Origin: Octopus sinensis
Lineage: Eukaryota
Assembly: GCF_006345805.1 (NCBI RefSeq)
Contig: NC_043001.1
Coordinates: 97,650,001-97,714,000, forward strand
Length of the DNA: 64,000 bases
Direction: 5' to 3'
Shown: positions 1 to 13,534 of the stretch, one piece after another
Position numbering within the stretch: the stretch's first letter is position 1
Layout of the letters: each line of letters opens with the position of its first letter
Translations under genes and position numbers: made by a program
The notes under the pieces: generated by a model
What the model was told of the DNA's origin: nothing
Database searches by the model: none
Seen by the model: the letters and a program-made list of their open reading frames with translations, nothing else

Positions 1-292
1 AAATAAACACAAAAATTATGAATGGATTCTTTTATAAAACTACCATGATAAGCTAAAACTCACAAAACATAAATGATAAAACCTCCCTTTACTAAACACT
101 ATAACATACTTATATAGCAATCCCTTTAACCTATACATTCACACACAAATACACACACGTAAACCACACACCCATAACAAATACAAACACCCACCCCACT
201 CACACACACCCACAAGTACATATAAACCTCAACATATACACCAAACAAAATTACTTTACCAAGGAACTTAACATATGTATAAAAAGTATAAC

Positions 293-3200
293 CGCTCTGG
301 AAACGAAAATCTTTTAAAATAATGAATGGAGAAATGGAATAAATGGAATTAAAAATAATATTCACGTGGCAAAACGAACACCACTCAAAAATTATGAATG
401 AAACAATGTAATAAAACAACCAACAACGAAAATAGACAAATTACCACGAATTCCCTAAAAAAAAACATGATAAACCAAAACTCTTAAAAACATATAACGA
501 TAAAATCTCCCTTTGCTAAACTCTATAACAAACCTATATAGCAATCCCCCTAACCTAAACATTCACACACAAAAAACACACACGTAAACCACAGACCCAC
601 GACTTATACACATACCTATACTAACTTATAAACCTCAATATACACCAAAAACCCACTCCCTCCCCACACAGACAAATTAACACATACATCCAAAACCTAA
701 ATAACAAACCCATATACACATTCACACACAAACACACACACACAACAGATACTTATACTCCCTCACATATACGCATATACATACTCACTAAACTCGATAT
801 ATACAACAATATTTACACACCCACACTCATACAGATAAATAAATTATACAACTAAAAACTCACACACAATCTCATATACATAAACACTCCAATAAAAAAC
901 AACATTAAATACATCGTAATTAACCAGAATATCAAAAATAACAATATGACATAAGGAGAAATAAAATACATACTACAAGTCAGTTTCAAATTATGAAGTG
1001 AAATTAATTCTTAGCCGTTAAAAAAACCAAACCAAAATTACGTTACCATAGAAATATAACTTATGTAAAAAAAGAATACGCGCCATGGAAAGTAAACGTC
1101 ATTTAAAATTATGAATGGAGAAATAGAATAAATGGAACTAAAAACTATATCCACGTGGCAAACCAACACTACTTAAAAAAAATTTATTATGAATGGATTC
1201 TTTAATAAAACTACCATAATAATTATTATATACAATTATGAGCTTTAGCTCATCTTAGCAGCTCTAACAAACAACTTGCAGTAACCCAAATCTATTCTCG
1301 ATACCTGCCTTACTACTACACTATCCCATTCCCAATTCCAAGCAACGCTAGCCCACCATCCGGTTACAATTCCCAACTCCACCCATTTATTCACAATTTC
1401 AACGACGTTCAACTCCACAGCGCTACATATAAGCCTCAACATATACACCGGAGATTCGCTTTCAATCCGTGCGGATGGGTGAGAGTATACATTGAGTGTA
1501 GTGATGGAGCTCCCATTACTATACACATTTGTACCTGTGTGGTAGTCTCCATGTGTATATTCACGCACGAGTATAAATGCAGGGGGTACACGCGCACTGC
1601 ATGCACGTGTACCCCCTCACATGTACATATGCATGCTAGTTGGGCTTGATATGTGCAACAATGTAATCGCGCCCGCATACATGCATATGGGCGAGTTGCA
1701 CAATCAAAATACGCACACGTGTGTGTGTGCGTTCCCTGGTTGTGCAATTCACCCATCTGGGTGTGAATGGGTGTAAGCGTATTGCTGTGGATGTCGAGCT
1801 TGATACGTATGTATATGAGTGTGTATTGGGGGGTTACGGACAAATAAACACATACATCCCCAAAAATGGGCGTAATCACACTCACACCAATCATATGTAT
1901 ACAATTATACACACTAGAATAATACATAACTAACCCAAATATACAGAACATATTAAAAATCACCAACAAACCACCATCACAAATGAAACCTACACCCATA
2001 CAATGACAAAACTCCCCCTCTATACCCAATTACACCCACATAGCAATCCCAATATATTCATCCATACATGGACGCACGTGCGTGAAGCACATGCACACAA
2101 TAAATACGTACAACCCCCCAATACACACTCATATACATACGTATCAAGCTCGACATCCACAGCAATACGCTTACACCCATTCACACCCAGATGGGTGAAT
2201 TGCACAACCAGAGAACGCACACACACACGTGTGCGTATTTTGATTGTGCAACTCGCCCATATGCATGTATGCGGGCGCGATTACATTGTTGCACATATCG
2301 AGCCCAACTAGCATGCATATGTACATGTGAGGGGGTACACGTACATGCCGTGCGCGTGTACCCCCTGCATTTATACCCGTGCGTGAATATACACATGGAG
2401 ACTACCACACAGGTACAAATGTGTATGGTAATGGGAGCCCCATCACTACACTCAATGTATACTCTCACCCATCCGCACGGATTGAAAGCGAATCTCCGGT
2501 GTATATGTTGAGGCTTATATGTAGCGCTGTGGAGTTGAACGTCGTTGAAATTGTGAATGAATGGGTGGAGTTGGGAATTGTAACCGGGTGGTGGGCTAGC
2601 GTTGCTTGGAATTGGGAATGGAATAGTGTAGTAGTAAGGCAGGTATCGAGAATAGATTTGGGTTACTGCAAGTTGTTTGTTAGAGCTGCCAAGATGAGAT
2701 AAAGCTCATAATTGTATATGATAATTTATTATGGTAGTTTTATTAAAGAATCCATTCATAATAAATTTTTTTTAAGTAGTGTTGGTTTGCCACGTGGATA
2801 TAGTTTTTAGTTCCATTTATTCTATTTCTCCATTCATAATTTTAAATGACGTTTACTTTCCATGGCGCGTATTATTTTTTTACATAAGTTATATTTCTAT
2901 GGTAACGTAATTTTGGTTTGGTTTTTTTAACGGCTAAGAATTTAATTTCACTTCATAATTTGAAACTGACTTGTAAGTATGTATTTTATTTCTCCTTATG
3001 TCATATTGTTATTTTTGATATTCTGGTTAATTACGATGTATTTAATGTTGTTTTTTATTGGAGTGTTTATGTATATGAGATTGTGTGTGAGTTTTTAGTT
3101 GTATAATTTATTTATCTGTATGAGTGTGGGTGTGTAAATATTGTTGTATATATCGAGTTTAGTGAGTATGTATATGCGTATATGTGAGGGAGTATAAGTA

Positions 3201-3680
3201 TCTGTTGTGTGTGTGTGTTTTGCGTGTGTGTGTGTTTGTGTGTGAATGTGTATATGGGTTTGTTATTTAGGTTTTGGGATGTATGTGTTAATTTGTCTGT
3301 GTGGGGAGGGAGTGGGTTTTTGGTGTATATTGAGGTTTATAAGTTAGTATAGGTATGTGTATAAGTCGTGGGTCTGTGGTTTACGTGTGTGTTTTTTGTG
3401 TGTGAATGTTTAGGTTAGGGGGGTTGCTATATAGGTATGTTATAGAGTTTAGTAAAGGGAGATTTTATCATTATATGTTTTTATGAGTTTTGGTTTATCA
3501 TGGTAGGTTTGTTAAGGAATTCGTAGTAATTTGTGTCTATTTGCGATGTCTGTTGTTTTATTGCATTGTTTCATTCATAATTTTTAAGTAGTGTTCGTTT
3601 TACCAAGTGAATATAATTTTTAATTCCATTTATTCTATTTCTCCGTTCATAATTTTAAGTGATGTCCGTTTTCTAGAGCG
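293..3680. repeat. Large inverted repeat (foldback): arms ~293-1838 and ~2107-3680, spacer 1839-2106
   Basis: 1784-1838 is the reverse complement of 2107-2163. The mirrored ORF pairs 1245-1568(-)/2379-2702(+) and 1721-1933(+)/2020-2226(-) share near-identical translations. Arms differ by scattered substitutions, more so at the outer ends. Confidence 0.95.
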
Positions 3681-4115
3681 TGAATGTGGGTTGTATGTGT
3701 GTGTGTGTGGGAGTATGAATAAGTATTGTGTTGAAGTATTTAGCTATTTTATTTATTTATAGTTGCCTAGACGTTTTTATGTGTATGTATAGGGATATAT
3801 ATATAGGGGTGTGATTTAGTGTATGTAGTTAGATATGGTTATATATAATTAGGTATATGTGTATGGGTGTATATATAGTTTATTATTATATTATTATTTT
3901 TTTGTTTTGTTTTATATTTTATATTTTATATTTTATATTTTATATTTAATTGTTGATAGGTTTATTTTAGTTTATATATTGTTTATATATTGATTATATA
4001 TGGATTATATATAGGTTATATATGGATTATATATTTATATTTTTTCATTCATACTTTAATTATTTTAAAATTATTATTTTTATATTTTAAAATATTGATA
4101 TTTTAGATTGGAAGT

Positions 4116-4158
4116 CCACCTGAAGATTGTCGATCAAGACAAGAAACAATTGTAGTGG
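4116..4158 (+). ncRNA. Minimal type-I hammerhead ribozyme (intact core)
   Basis: CCAC-CTGAAGA-TTGTC(gatcaa)GACAA-GAAA-CAATTG-TA-GTGG: stem I CCAC/GTGG, stem II 5 bp, palindromic stem III ACAATTGT, GUA cleavage triplet. Confidence 0.9.
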
Positions 4159-4330
4159 CGGTTTTTTTGACTATTTATTAAAATTTTATGTATTGATTAA
4201 GTCTTTCCTTGTTTGTTTTGCAAAATAGTGGTTTTGTCTCTAATAATATTTTATAATATTTTACTATAAAATTGGATTTAATCCTAAATCTGATTTTTTC
4301 CCTGTAAATTTGGATTTATTCCCTAATATT

Positions 4331-4367
<37 letters not shown>

Positions 4368-4368
<1 letters not shown>

Positions 4369-4633
4369 GAGAAGCACTCCGTCGGTCCCAGTTGATACTA
4401 TCAACGGAACAGTTTGCTCGTGAAATTTACGTGCAAGTCACAGAACTCTTCACAAACTCTTCACGTGTAATCTTAACATAATTCTCAGGCGGATTTAGCG
4501 TGACACAGAGTGTGATAAACCTGGCCCTTTGAAATACAGTTTCTTGATCAAGGACACAACGCGCTGACGGTAGTCGAACTCACGACCTTACGATCGTGAG
4601 CGGAATGCGCTAACCACTAAGCCATGCGTCTTC
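4368..4633 (-). mobile_element. tRNA-derived SINE
   Basis: Minus strand begins GAAGACGCATGGCTTAGTGGTTAGCGC...GTGAGTTCGACT (A/B-box-like), then TTGTGTCCTTGATCAAG; flanked by (TA)n. Confidence 0.75.
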
Positions 4634-4660
4634 CCACTATATATATATATATATATAATT

Positions 4661-5000
4661 ATATAAAAGGGCTTAGTAAAATAAATTACTTTGCCACATA
4701 CTGAACTCATTAGAAATAGTAGCCAAAAAAACTTTTTTAAAACTATTTCTAATACTTAAAGAAAATCTCTCTCATATAGTGTTTGCTCAATTCAACTCAC
4801 GAAAGTACTTAGAAATAGTTTAAAAAAAGTTTTTTTGGCTACTATTTCTAATGAGTTCAGTATGTGGCAAAGTAATTTATTTTACTAAGCCCTTTTATAT
4901 AATGTAATAATTTGAATTCGCCTTAAATGGTCCCTTTGCATAGTGAACACTTGGTGAAATTGATTAATAATTAATTAATTTTACCCTCAATTGTTGAAAT
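4661..5000 (+). mobile_element. Short PLE-like insert with 5' inversion in (TA)n; 3' half of an HHR
   Basis: ~96-bp inverted arms 4661-4757 / 4803-4902. CTCAC-GAAA-GTAC-TT-AGAAATAG at 4796-4818 (palindrome AGTACT). The 5' HHR core is absent. Confidence 0.6.
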
Positions 5001-5220
5001 ATATATATATATATATATTAATAAAATATATACATACATTATTAGATATGTACATATATCACAAGGGTACTACATGAGTACCTATGTCGCTAATGATAGA
5101 AGTCAAAAAATTCTTCTGTACCACCGAATAGTCACAAATCTATTAGAGACAAGACAGGAAAAAATATCAGTGAACAATAATAATGTGTTACCTCAAATAG
5201 GTCAGAACAAGTAAATGCTG

Positions 5221-5290
5221 GTCAACTCGGTACCGGTTTCGAAATTTAGAGCCACCTAGTCGCGTGATTTCTCATCAGCCTAAGTCCGAC
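5221..5290 (-). ncRNA. Minimal type-I hammerhead ribozyme (intact core) in a ~320-bp insert (5020-5345) between TA tracts
   Basis: Minus strand: GTCGGACTTAGG-CTGATGA-GAAAT(21-nt loop)ATTTC-GAAA-CCGG-TA-CCGAGTTGAC. Bulged stem I, palindrome ACCGGT, GUA triplet. Confidence 0.88.
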
Positions 5291-5891
5291 AGCAAAACTA
5301 CTAACATTCTCCCCCATCATGTCTGCAAAAGTTTGTTCGTACGATATATATATATATATATATATATTCATGTATGTGAGTGTGTTTGATTGCTTGTGTT
5401 TTTGTGTGTGTGTATGTATGTGCGCGCGTGTCATTATATATTATATGTCTATGTATATGGGGTCATTCATATTTTTGCTTAGGTACTAATATACGATATA
5501 ATGAAGTAGGTATAATTTCACATGACACACATCATTGGTAAATGTGCTAAAAAATATATAGAAACAGTCGTAATACGTTAAGTCTAGCCATTCGCTAGTA
5601 AGATTATATTGCTTTCATCCAACCCAGCGATTCTAAATTCATTAACAACGAAGGAAAAATTTGATCATCTGACATATATAGATATGCATATGTGATATAG
5701 CGAATGATTTCCATTTGATTAATCTGAGGATTGTTTTATTATTGAATTTTTTTTCTCTTCCAAAACAGACAAAAGAAAGCAAGAAAATATCATAATCCGG
5801 CTACGAGGGAAAAAAAAAATATTTCCCCAAAGAAAATAAATTGGAAGAATTTATTAATGCAAGAAAAGTAATAATAATTTTCTGCGACACA

Positions 5892-5894
<3 letters not shown>

Positions 5895-5984
<90 letters not shown>

Positions 5985-5992
5985 ATATATAT

Positions 5993-6035
<43 letters not shown>

Positions 6036-6062
6036 GTATGTATGTTTGTGTGTGCGCGTGTG
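5895..6062. repeat. (TA)n/(TG)n microsatellite; representative of many such tracts (e.g. 6630-6915, 12890-13017, 27790-27990, 32940-33310, 61840-62170)
   Basis: Directly visible; source of the [12 protein letters not shown] ORFs. Confidence 0.98.
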
Positions 6063-6624
6063 AGCAATATGTATGCATGTGCATAATTTTTCCCGTCCTT
6101 TCACTCATAATCTTATCAATTTTTTTCCCCACTACATATTCCAAAATCACATGATAATGAATAGCTGAAAGGGCAGTTCCTTCATAAAAGATATGAGCGA
6201 AAAAAATCTAAACAAAATTAAAGGGAAAAAAACATTCTTTGGAAACGAGAAGAACATTAATATTTTGAAAACATAATCATAGAAAAGAGGAGGCAAAAAT
6301 AAATTAAAGTCAGTGATGTGGCCGTATAATTTCATTAAAAGATGAAAAGCTGTGATAATAATGTATAAAGAAGGTTTAATTTATTATTATTGATTGCTAA
6401 CTTTTACTAGTATTTCTCTTGTCAAAAAACTTATGATAAAAACTCATTACATACATATATACATATATGTTTTAATAATTCATATATTATCCAAATTTCT
6501 TGATGAAAACCATGCACTATTAATACTGAAAATATATCAGTTAAATATTCGTGTATGTGTGCGTATAACTTTACTATCAATAACACTCCCACACATATAT
6601 ATGTCTGAATTGCACATATCAGTT

Positions 6625-6671
<47 letters not shown>

Positions 6672-6748
6672 ATGTGTGTGTGTGTGTGTATGTATATATA
6701 TGTAACGATAGATAGGGATATTGGTAGAAATATGATCTTAAACTGTGT

Positions 6749-6785
<37 letters not shown>

Positions 6786-6793
6786 TATATATT

Positions 6794-6858
<65 letters not shown>

Positions 6859-6870
6859 CATATATACTTG

Positions 6871-6909
<39 letters not shown>

Positions 6910-7399
6910 TATGTACATATGTAGTGATAGATAATTCGATAGGGATGTTGGTAGATGTATGATCTTAAACTGTGTTGCGTTAATGTTTATGTGTGTGCGT
7001 ACTGTTCGTGTATGCGCTTGTGCGTTAAGTATTCCAATGCTAAGCTTCAGACGGATCGAATTTGAAGTATGTACGCTACTAATAATAGTCAGTATAGATC
7101 TGAATGAAACCGCCAAACGATCAGGATATATTAATATACCACATGATTAATGGGAAATGTTGAAGTTCGAAGAATAAGATACGATATATTTCATTGATTC
7201 ATCCAAAAACTACTCTTAGTCTTCAACAGAGATGCAGATAGACAAGCATACTTACGTAACAGTTTCAATTCTTCGAATTATTATTATTTGAGGAAAGTAT
7301 TTAGGAAGTAAAGGACTTTGAATTAGGTACAACTTATTATAAAAAGCATTTACATCGGCTATTTTCAGGCGGGAATGGTAAGTTTACTATTACAACGGT

Positions 7400-7612
7400 A
7401 TACAGTAATCCATCGCCATTTCGCGTTTTACCTGTTTCGGTTCAACTATCGCCGTTTATTATTTAAGCTTACGTGGATTCCTCCGTGGTGTTGCTTTGCA
7501 TTTATATTAAAATAAATGTATACACATTATAAAAATAATTAACAAAAATATACAGTGCAATACTGTCACTACTTCGCGGATTTTCACCTATCACGGGTTT
7601 TTTTGGCTTATT
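7400..7612. mobile_element. Decayed Tigger/pogo-like MITE
   Basis: Begins TA-CAGTAATCCATCGCCATTTCGCG, with an internal repeat CACTACTTCGCGGATTTTCACCTATCACGGG resembling Tigger-type subterminal motifs. Confidence 0.45.
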
Positions 7613-7899
7613 TCTTAGAGGGTCATGGGGCAGATGCTTCAAGCACGCCTTCTGATATATACAACAATTTTCAGTTGATTTGGCTCGATCTCCAAACGGG
7701 ACCAACCGACATCATAGTCATCATTCCAACATCTTGCTCGTGGTCTAATGCTGGTTTCTACAAATTAGTTTTGCTCTTACAGCTTGTCCAGTGAATTTTT
7801 CCTGAGACATTCTTATCACATGTCTGTTGAGGCGGAGCTGTGATCGCTGATTTCGGAGAGGTAGTGACTCTACCCTGAGCGCCTCTATGAACTCCGAGA

Positions 7900-9120
7900 A
7901 GTGCTATCGAGTAACGTTTTTCAAAGTCCCTTTTCCGGACCAAATGGCTACCACAGGTTGTATACTTTTTGTAAGGTTAGTAAATGAAAGAATGCCTATA
8001 AGTTACATGGCGGTAATATTCCCTTCTGTGTAATAGATCAATAATCGTAGAATTTATAAACAGTCCGCCTGTGTGGCGATAATTAAATATACATTTGCAC
8101 TAATGTACTTTTGACTTGATCGCCAATAGTTTTACATAGTTCAAAAAATCTCTGACAATTAGAATATGTATTCGCTCAAGCGATTAGGAGCTATCTTCAA
8201 CTTCATGACTTCTAGTGAAAAGACTCTCCTGAGTACATAGAGAATAAGTTATTTAATTATGACTCTTTCTCCGATTCTCCATACGATGTTTTCCGACTAA
8301 TTTCTTTATGTACGCTACGAGATTTTTGCTCTAAGAATAGAGGAGGCATTTATCCGATTAAGTCCCCACAACACAGATGCAATTGATGTTAGGAATTTCA
8401 GGACAGAGTAAGTTTATAATGAGCATATGAATGTTAGAACATACAGTATTAGAAAATTGCCTGTAGATTTGATTTTGCTTTTACTGTATTCGGTTAATTA
8501 TGTGATAATGATTTCTGCTATGATCAGGTAGTATATGTTTTTCATTTAAGGAAGTGGTTATAAATAAATTGACAATGAACAGAGTTTAGGGTACGTGCGA
8601 CAAAGTGTTTCTCTCACATCCGAATCTTGCTTTCTTCCGAATTTCACTTTCGGTTAAACGGTTTCTTGGTTGTCTTGCACTATTTCCTTTAAATCCTTTG
8701 TTGCTAATATGTCGCTTTTACTTTGGTGGGTATACTTTGAATAGAGTAGCTTCCTAGATACATACGTTACTTTTGAAATTCGGGTTTGTTTCTTAATTGT
8801 CAATTACGTCTATGTCTGGAAATTCGAGGATAGTTGGACAGTAGTATAATCTGTGAAAATGTAACAAGAAACTAATGATGTGTAAGACTATTATTATGGG
8901 TATAACCAAATTATGAGTCATACAATCTATTCTAAAGACTATCGTAATACAAATCTGTTCTAAAGACAATCTCTTTCTTAACCATGGGGAGACGTTTGTT
9001 TTTACTGCTATTAGTGGCAACATCTGTACTTGCGCAGGTATACTCTCAGAATTATATTCCATAGTAGAATGGTTCGTATATATAGGTCGCTGGTGTTATC
9101 TTAGATGTTTAGTAGATTCA
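7900..9120 (-). pseudogene. Highly decayed Penelope-type reverse transcriptase relic
   Basis: Ordered, frameshifted minus-strand motifs: RLYYCPTILE (~LYGLPKIHK), SDV..TLSHVP (~DVxSLYTNVP), NHFLK*KTY (~NYFxFNxKxY), AEIII, KIYRQFSNT (~YRYVDD). Eye alignment only. Confidence 0.4.
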
Positions 9121-10539
9121 GCATCTATCTATTCCTACGGAAATACTTTGATTCGAATCCATAACTTATACCAACAAATTGTAATTTCGATTACTTTCAC
9201 TTCATAAATAGCTGAATTATACTTCCGTTAAGTTCCTCTCATAATCAAATGGATGTTTGACACGTTAAAAATGATATTCAACCCTTGTCAATGGTCACCA
9301 TACCATGTAAGCTGTAGAAGCTTAGAATTCGAAAGGAAGAACGTTGAAAGTCAGAATTCAAGAATCTAAAACATTGTATGTAAAATAAATAATCTAATAT
9401 ACTACAAAGAAATTTTCTTAACTCCGACTAACTGGTCACCTAATTAAATATCCGTGTCAGTAAGAAGATAAAGAAGACAATAACGAAAATATAAGAAATA
9501 TTAAATTTTGAAAATATTTATATACTCCTTGGTAACTGCACCGATCGATGGTATGGAACATTAAATTAATATTTTATAACAACATAACGTGAGCCCCACA
9601 CAGATGCCTTTCTAATTTGCTGTTTAATATCTAAAGTCCTTAAATGCATATAAACACACATTGCTGGCCGAGTGAATATTGATTTTTAATAGGCGAACAG
9701 GCTGACACATATTAGAGCAACGAAATACTTACTTTGTAATGTTCAGGAATTTTATTTGTCTGTTTACAATCTGCGTAAATTGAATTTAGCCGAGAATCAA
9801 AAGTGAGTTGCAAGGTCGGCCTGTTTGAAACCGACTTTATGTTCAACATTGGAGATAAATAAATTTTCTTTGGTGGTGTTTTCAAGAGATTTAAACATGC
9901 AGGCAGATTACTATGCTTTTCCAGTAATCGAAAATTTGCTGTATTCAGATTTTTATCATATGCGTATATATCTGTCTAAACTTTAGTCCTACTTGCAGTT
10001 GAAGTGGAATACTATACCAAATTATGTAAGAAAACTGCACAGACAGATACCAAAGAGGCTGCGTAAAAAAACAAAAACAAACAAAAAACAACAACGAAAC
10101 TATTAAAATTCAGTTAGACAGCACCGATACAGTAGTGGTGCACGAGCAAATCTTATAAAATTACATGAAAATTGATACTTCACAATATTTGAAATGAGAA
10201 AGATAATTGAATAATACATGAATATGCTTCCAGATTCTACATAAAATTTTCCGAAATATAGATAATAATTCCCATATATAAAAGGAATGATTCAGTGTAA
10301 ATTTACTTTTTTTCTGATAGATATTATAATTAATATATTCAGTTACAGTATCTCTCCTTATAATATTAAACAGTATATCTCTAAAAATAACTAGTTCTTA
10401 TAATATTAGACGGCTTTAAGGAAATTGATATGCTAATTTTCAAAGCAAACTTACTTTCCACAGAGAGTCTTTTTAAACAGAAGTTAAAAGATAGATTGCA
10501 GATAGATTACTGAACATACTTGAGAGTTAATTAATAGGT

Positions 10540-11200
10540 GATTAGGATAATGTTTCTCATGAAAAAACAGTTGTTATTGCCGTGTGTTGAAACGTGCAAG
10601 CCGAAAGTTAAATTAAATTTCTTTGTCAGAGGTATTACACTCCATTGATGTATTGTTTTCATATTATATTTATGTTGGAAAAAATCTATTTTGCAGGCGA
10701 CAATTTTCGATACAAAGGAGTTCATAAAATAAATAGACGCTCAACTGTATTTGACTTTTATCGGTGCTTTTCCTTCGTTAAAAATGGCTCTTTTAACACT
10801 ATAATACTCAAGATATTTGTAAGTCTCTTAACCTATTTCATACAAAAGTTTGAGAGAACATTTTCTCGGTAAACTATCGACCGAATCAAATTTCTTGTAT
10901 AACAATACCGCCTAATCATAATAGAATGTTAGTGAATGCTTTCATCACTCACTAGTAATAAGCAGACATCATTGAAATACAAATATTGAATAGTAGATAC
11001 TTTACATAGTATACAAGGAAAAGGTGTAGCAGAAAGTGAATTATCTAATGGCAGATGTCTCACTATCAAATCAATATTGATAAAACAAAAATGCTATTTA
11101 AAGCTGTATTTATACTTGATGTTTGTTTGTTCTCCTATAATGAACGAGTTTATCCAAACGTCGGCAAACCGGATAGAGAAATATCAATTTGCTTTATATA
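10540..11200 (+). pseudogene. Possible very old LINE RT relic
   Basis: Faint ordered motifs DNVSHEK (~FDxVxH), VRGITLH* (~GIxGxxLxW), GVHK (~GVPQG). Confidence 0.25.
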
Positions 11201-12886
11201 AAATCTCAAAGACTTTTCAATCTTTATATAGAAAGTGTTAACAAGAATTATAAAAAGAATCCTTAATAAATGTTGCTAATCGTTTCCTACAGCTTTTATT
11301 CCTATTAATAACATCGTTCCACGTCTTTTTCCTTTTCGTTTTTCTATTATATATTTCCTAACTGTTGATCAAACCCATTGATATTCAGGACTCTTTTATT
11401 CTCCTCTAAGTATTTCGTTCACAGTATTACTCGTTATGTAAAGACTTGTTATATACCTCTACAGCTTAACTTTGTTTTAGACATAACGTTATATATAAAA
11501 TGATATATATGATGTTAACTGATTCACAAAAACGACCCGGCGCAAGAAATACAATACCGGTTCCATACTCGCTATATCTTTTAAATATAGCTTAAATGTA
11601 GGATGTGTAGAAAGAAACATAGACGAATAATATCAAATGATCAATCAATTGAGTATTTTTAACTATGGTAATAAGTGTTTTGTCTTTAAGTTGACTCACG
11701 TTATCAATATCATAGATTTGCTTGTGTAGTTGGTATGTGAGATAGGTTTGGAGCGCCACTTAACGATTTTATCGAATTTATTCTAACATGTCGTTACAAT
11801 AGTTAATCTCTAATATGGGCAGCCGAGATACTTGATATGAGAATCAGACAACAAAACCCTCTCTTTTCTCTTCAAATATTTCTAATTTTTTTTCCTTTCT
11901 TCTATCTTATTTTGACTTTATCATGTAGTTTTCCGCGTTGGTCTAAAAGCCGTCACTTCTCTTCCACGTAAATATATATATATATATAAATAAAATAGTA
12001 AATGGTTTTCTGTATTTTAACCACGTGAGATGAGAGTGGCTATAATTCGAAGCAGAACAAATATCTCAAATCATTTCATTTCAGTAACATTAGCCTTTTT
12101 GCCCGTTTTAAGAATGTTCATATTACTTCCTACTCTACATAAAGTTCAAGGTTACTTCAAAGTGGAAACCTTAATTCCTGATAGAAATTTTGGTATAACT
12201 TATGCCTGTTGTTAATATAGTACTTGTATTTCAATTACTCAATGCTTGCAAAATAAATTGCAGCCTCCACCTAATGACAGCAGAACGAGCCATAAGCCTA
12301 CAACTTATATAGGAGGCACGAGTGGGATATGAAAGGCTCTTTGTCCCATGACCAAGAAGCGGGCCGTGGAGGAAAGTACCGTTAACGTCTGGAAATAAAG
12401 AAGCAGGACGAAAGTTTAGTAACAGTTGCTTCTGTACAGCCCCTGGAGAAGTGATCTAATTGCATAGCTTTGTCTTTGATAACAGGGGTTATTTTTCTTT
12501 TATGATGTTTCATTTATCTAATTTCGAATATGAAACAAAGTAAAGGGTGCAATATCAAATATAAGCCAAAACTAACTCATGTATTCTGCATATCATATAG
12601 TAAATATTCCGTTGTATCCTTAATATTTTGTGGAAAATTACGTTTAGGTCACGGTTATAGTTCCAAAATATTTTCTTTGAAGGTTTACTTGCTTTAAGAT
12701 ATCAAAATTAACAACAAATTCCTAAACTATATATAAAATTAAATCTAAGACTACATAGTTCTTACGAACACTCCCGCTGCGCAGCAGCTTGTGTGATAGA
12801 TTCCAACTGCCCAAAACGTGTTAAGTGGATGTGGTATTCGGGGATAAAAAGATGCTTGATTGGATGAATGTATATATAATTATGTC

Positions 12887-13001
<115 letters not shown>

Positions 13002-13015
13002 CATACATATATATA

Positions 13016-13502
13016 TATGTCGAATTTATCCATTACTTTTGTGGTTTACAGAACCTAGGTGTTCTTTCTAGCGTGTTGAATTCCCTATAAGTGGATTTCT
13101 TATGTGTTTAAATATACACTTTATCGTATGACTAATATATAGTCTTCTTGAATATTTTTTTTGCACGTTAGACCACTGGAAATGTAAATTTTGATTGAAT
13201 GTTTTAATTTTAATTAAATTCCATTTCCCTTTGACGTTTTTGGATAATTTTCGGTTAAAAGTTGGCGGTTTTTCATTGTAGCCAGCGAAGGACTGCGTCT
13301 GCGCAAAAAATTTGAATAGTTAGTTCGTATAACCAATTGATCCAGGGACTAGATGTTAAATGTTTTTCATTTCCAAATTTATTCCTGTCGAATATTATCG
13401 TTATTTTTGTGGTTTACAGAACCTAGCTGTTCTTTCTAGCGTGTTGAATTCCCTATAAGTGGATTCCTTATGTGTTTAAATATACACTATATCGTATGAC
13501 TT
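13016..13502. mobile_element. PLE pLTR-like partial tandem: ~118-bp direct repeats at 13016-13135 and 13386-13502, inserted in (TA)n
   Basis: TGTCGAAT...GTGGTTTACAGAACCTAG...ATCGTATGACT occurs twice, ~370 bp apart; TA tracts on both sides. Confidence 0.7.
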
Positions 13503-13534
13503 ATATATATATATATATATGTATGTATATTTAA

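Larger units (their letters stand above)
1..4335 (+). mobile_element. Probable Penelope-like retroelement (PLE) non-coding 3'/pLTR region with long 5' inversion; left end outside window
   Basis: G/T-rich sense strand built from ~420-bp subrepeats (74 vs 499; 290-410 vs 1070-1220), ending in an HHR at 4116-4158 and a T-rich tail that runs into (TA)n at 4335. No RT ORF is visible. Confidence 0.6.

Noticed and set aside
1245-2702. Mirror-image 107-aa ORF pair in the foldback
   Set aside because: Consequence of the inverted repeat; no recognisable domain, low-complexity context.
3408-3424. TTAGGTTAGGG as a telomeric junction
   Set aside because: Only one or two units, inside a G/T-rich subrepeat.
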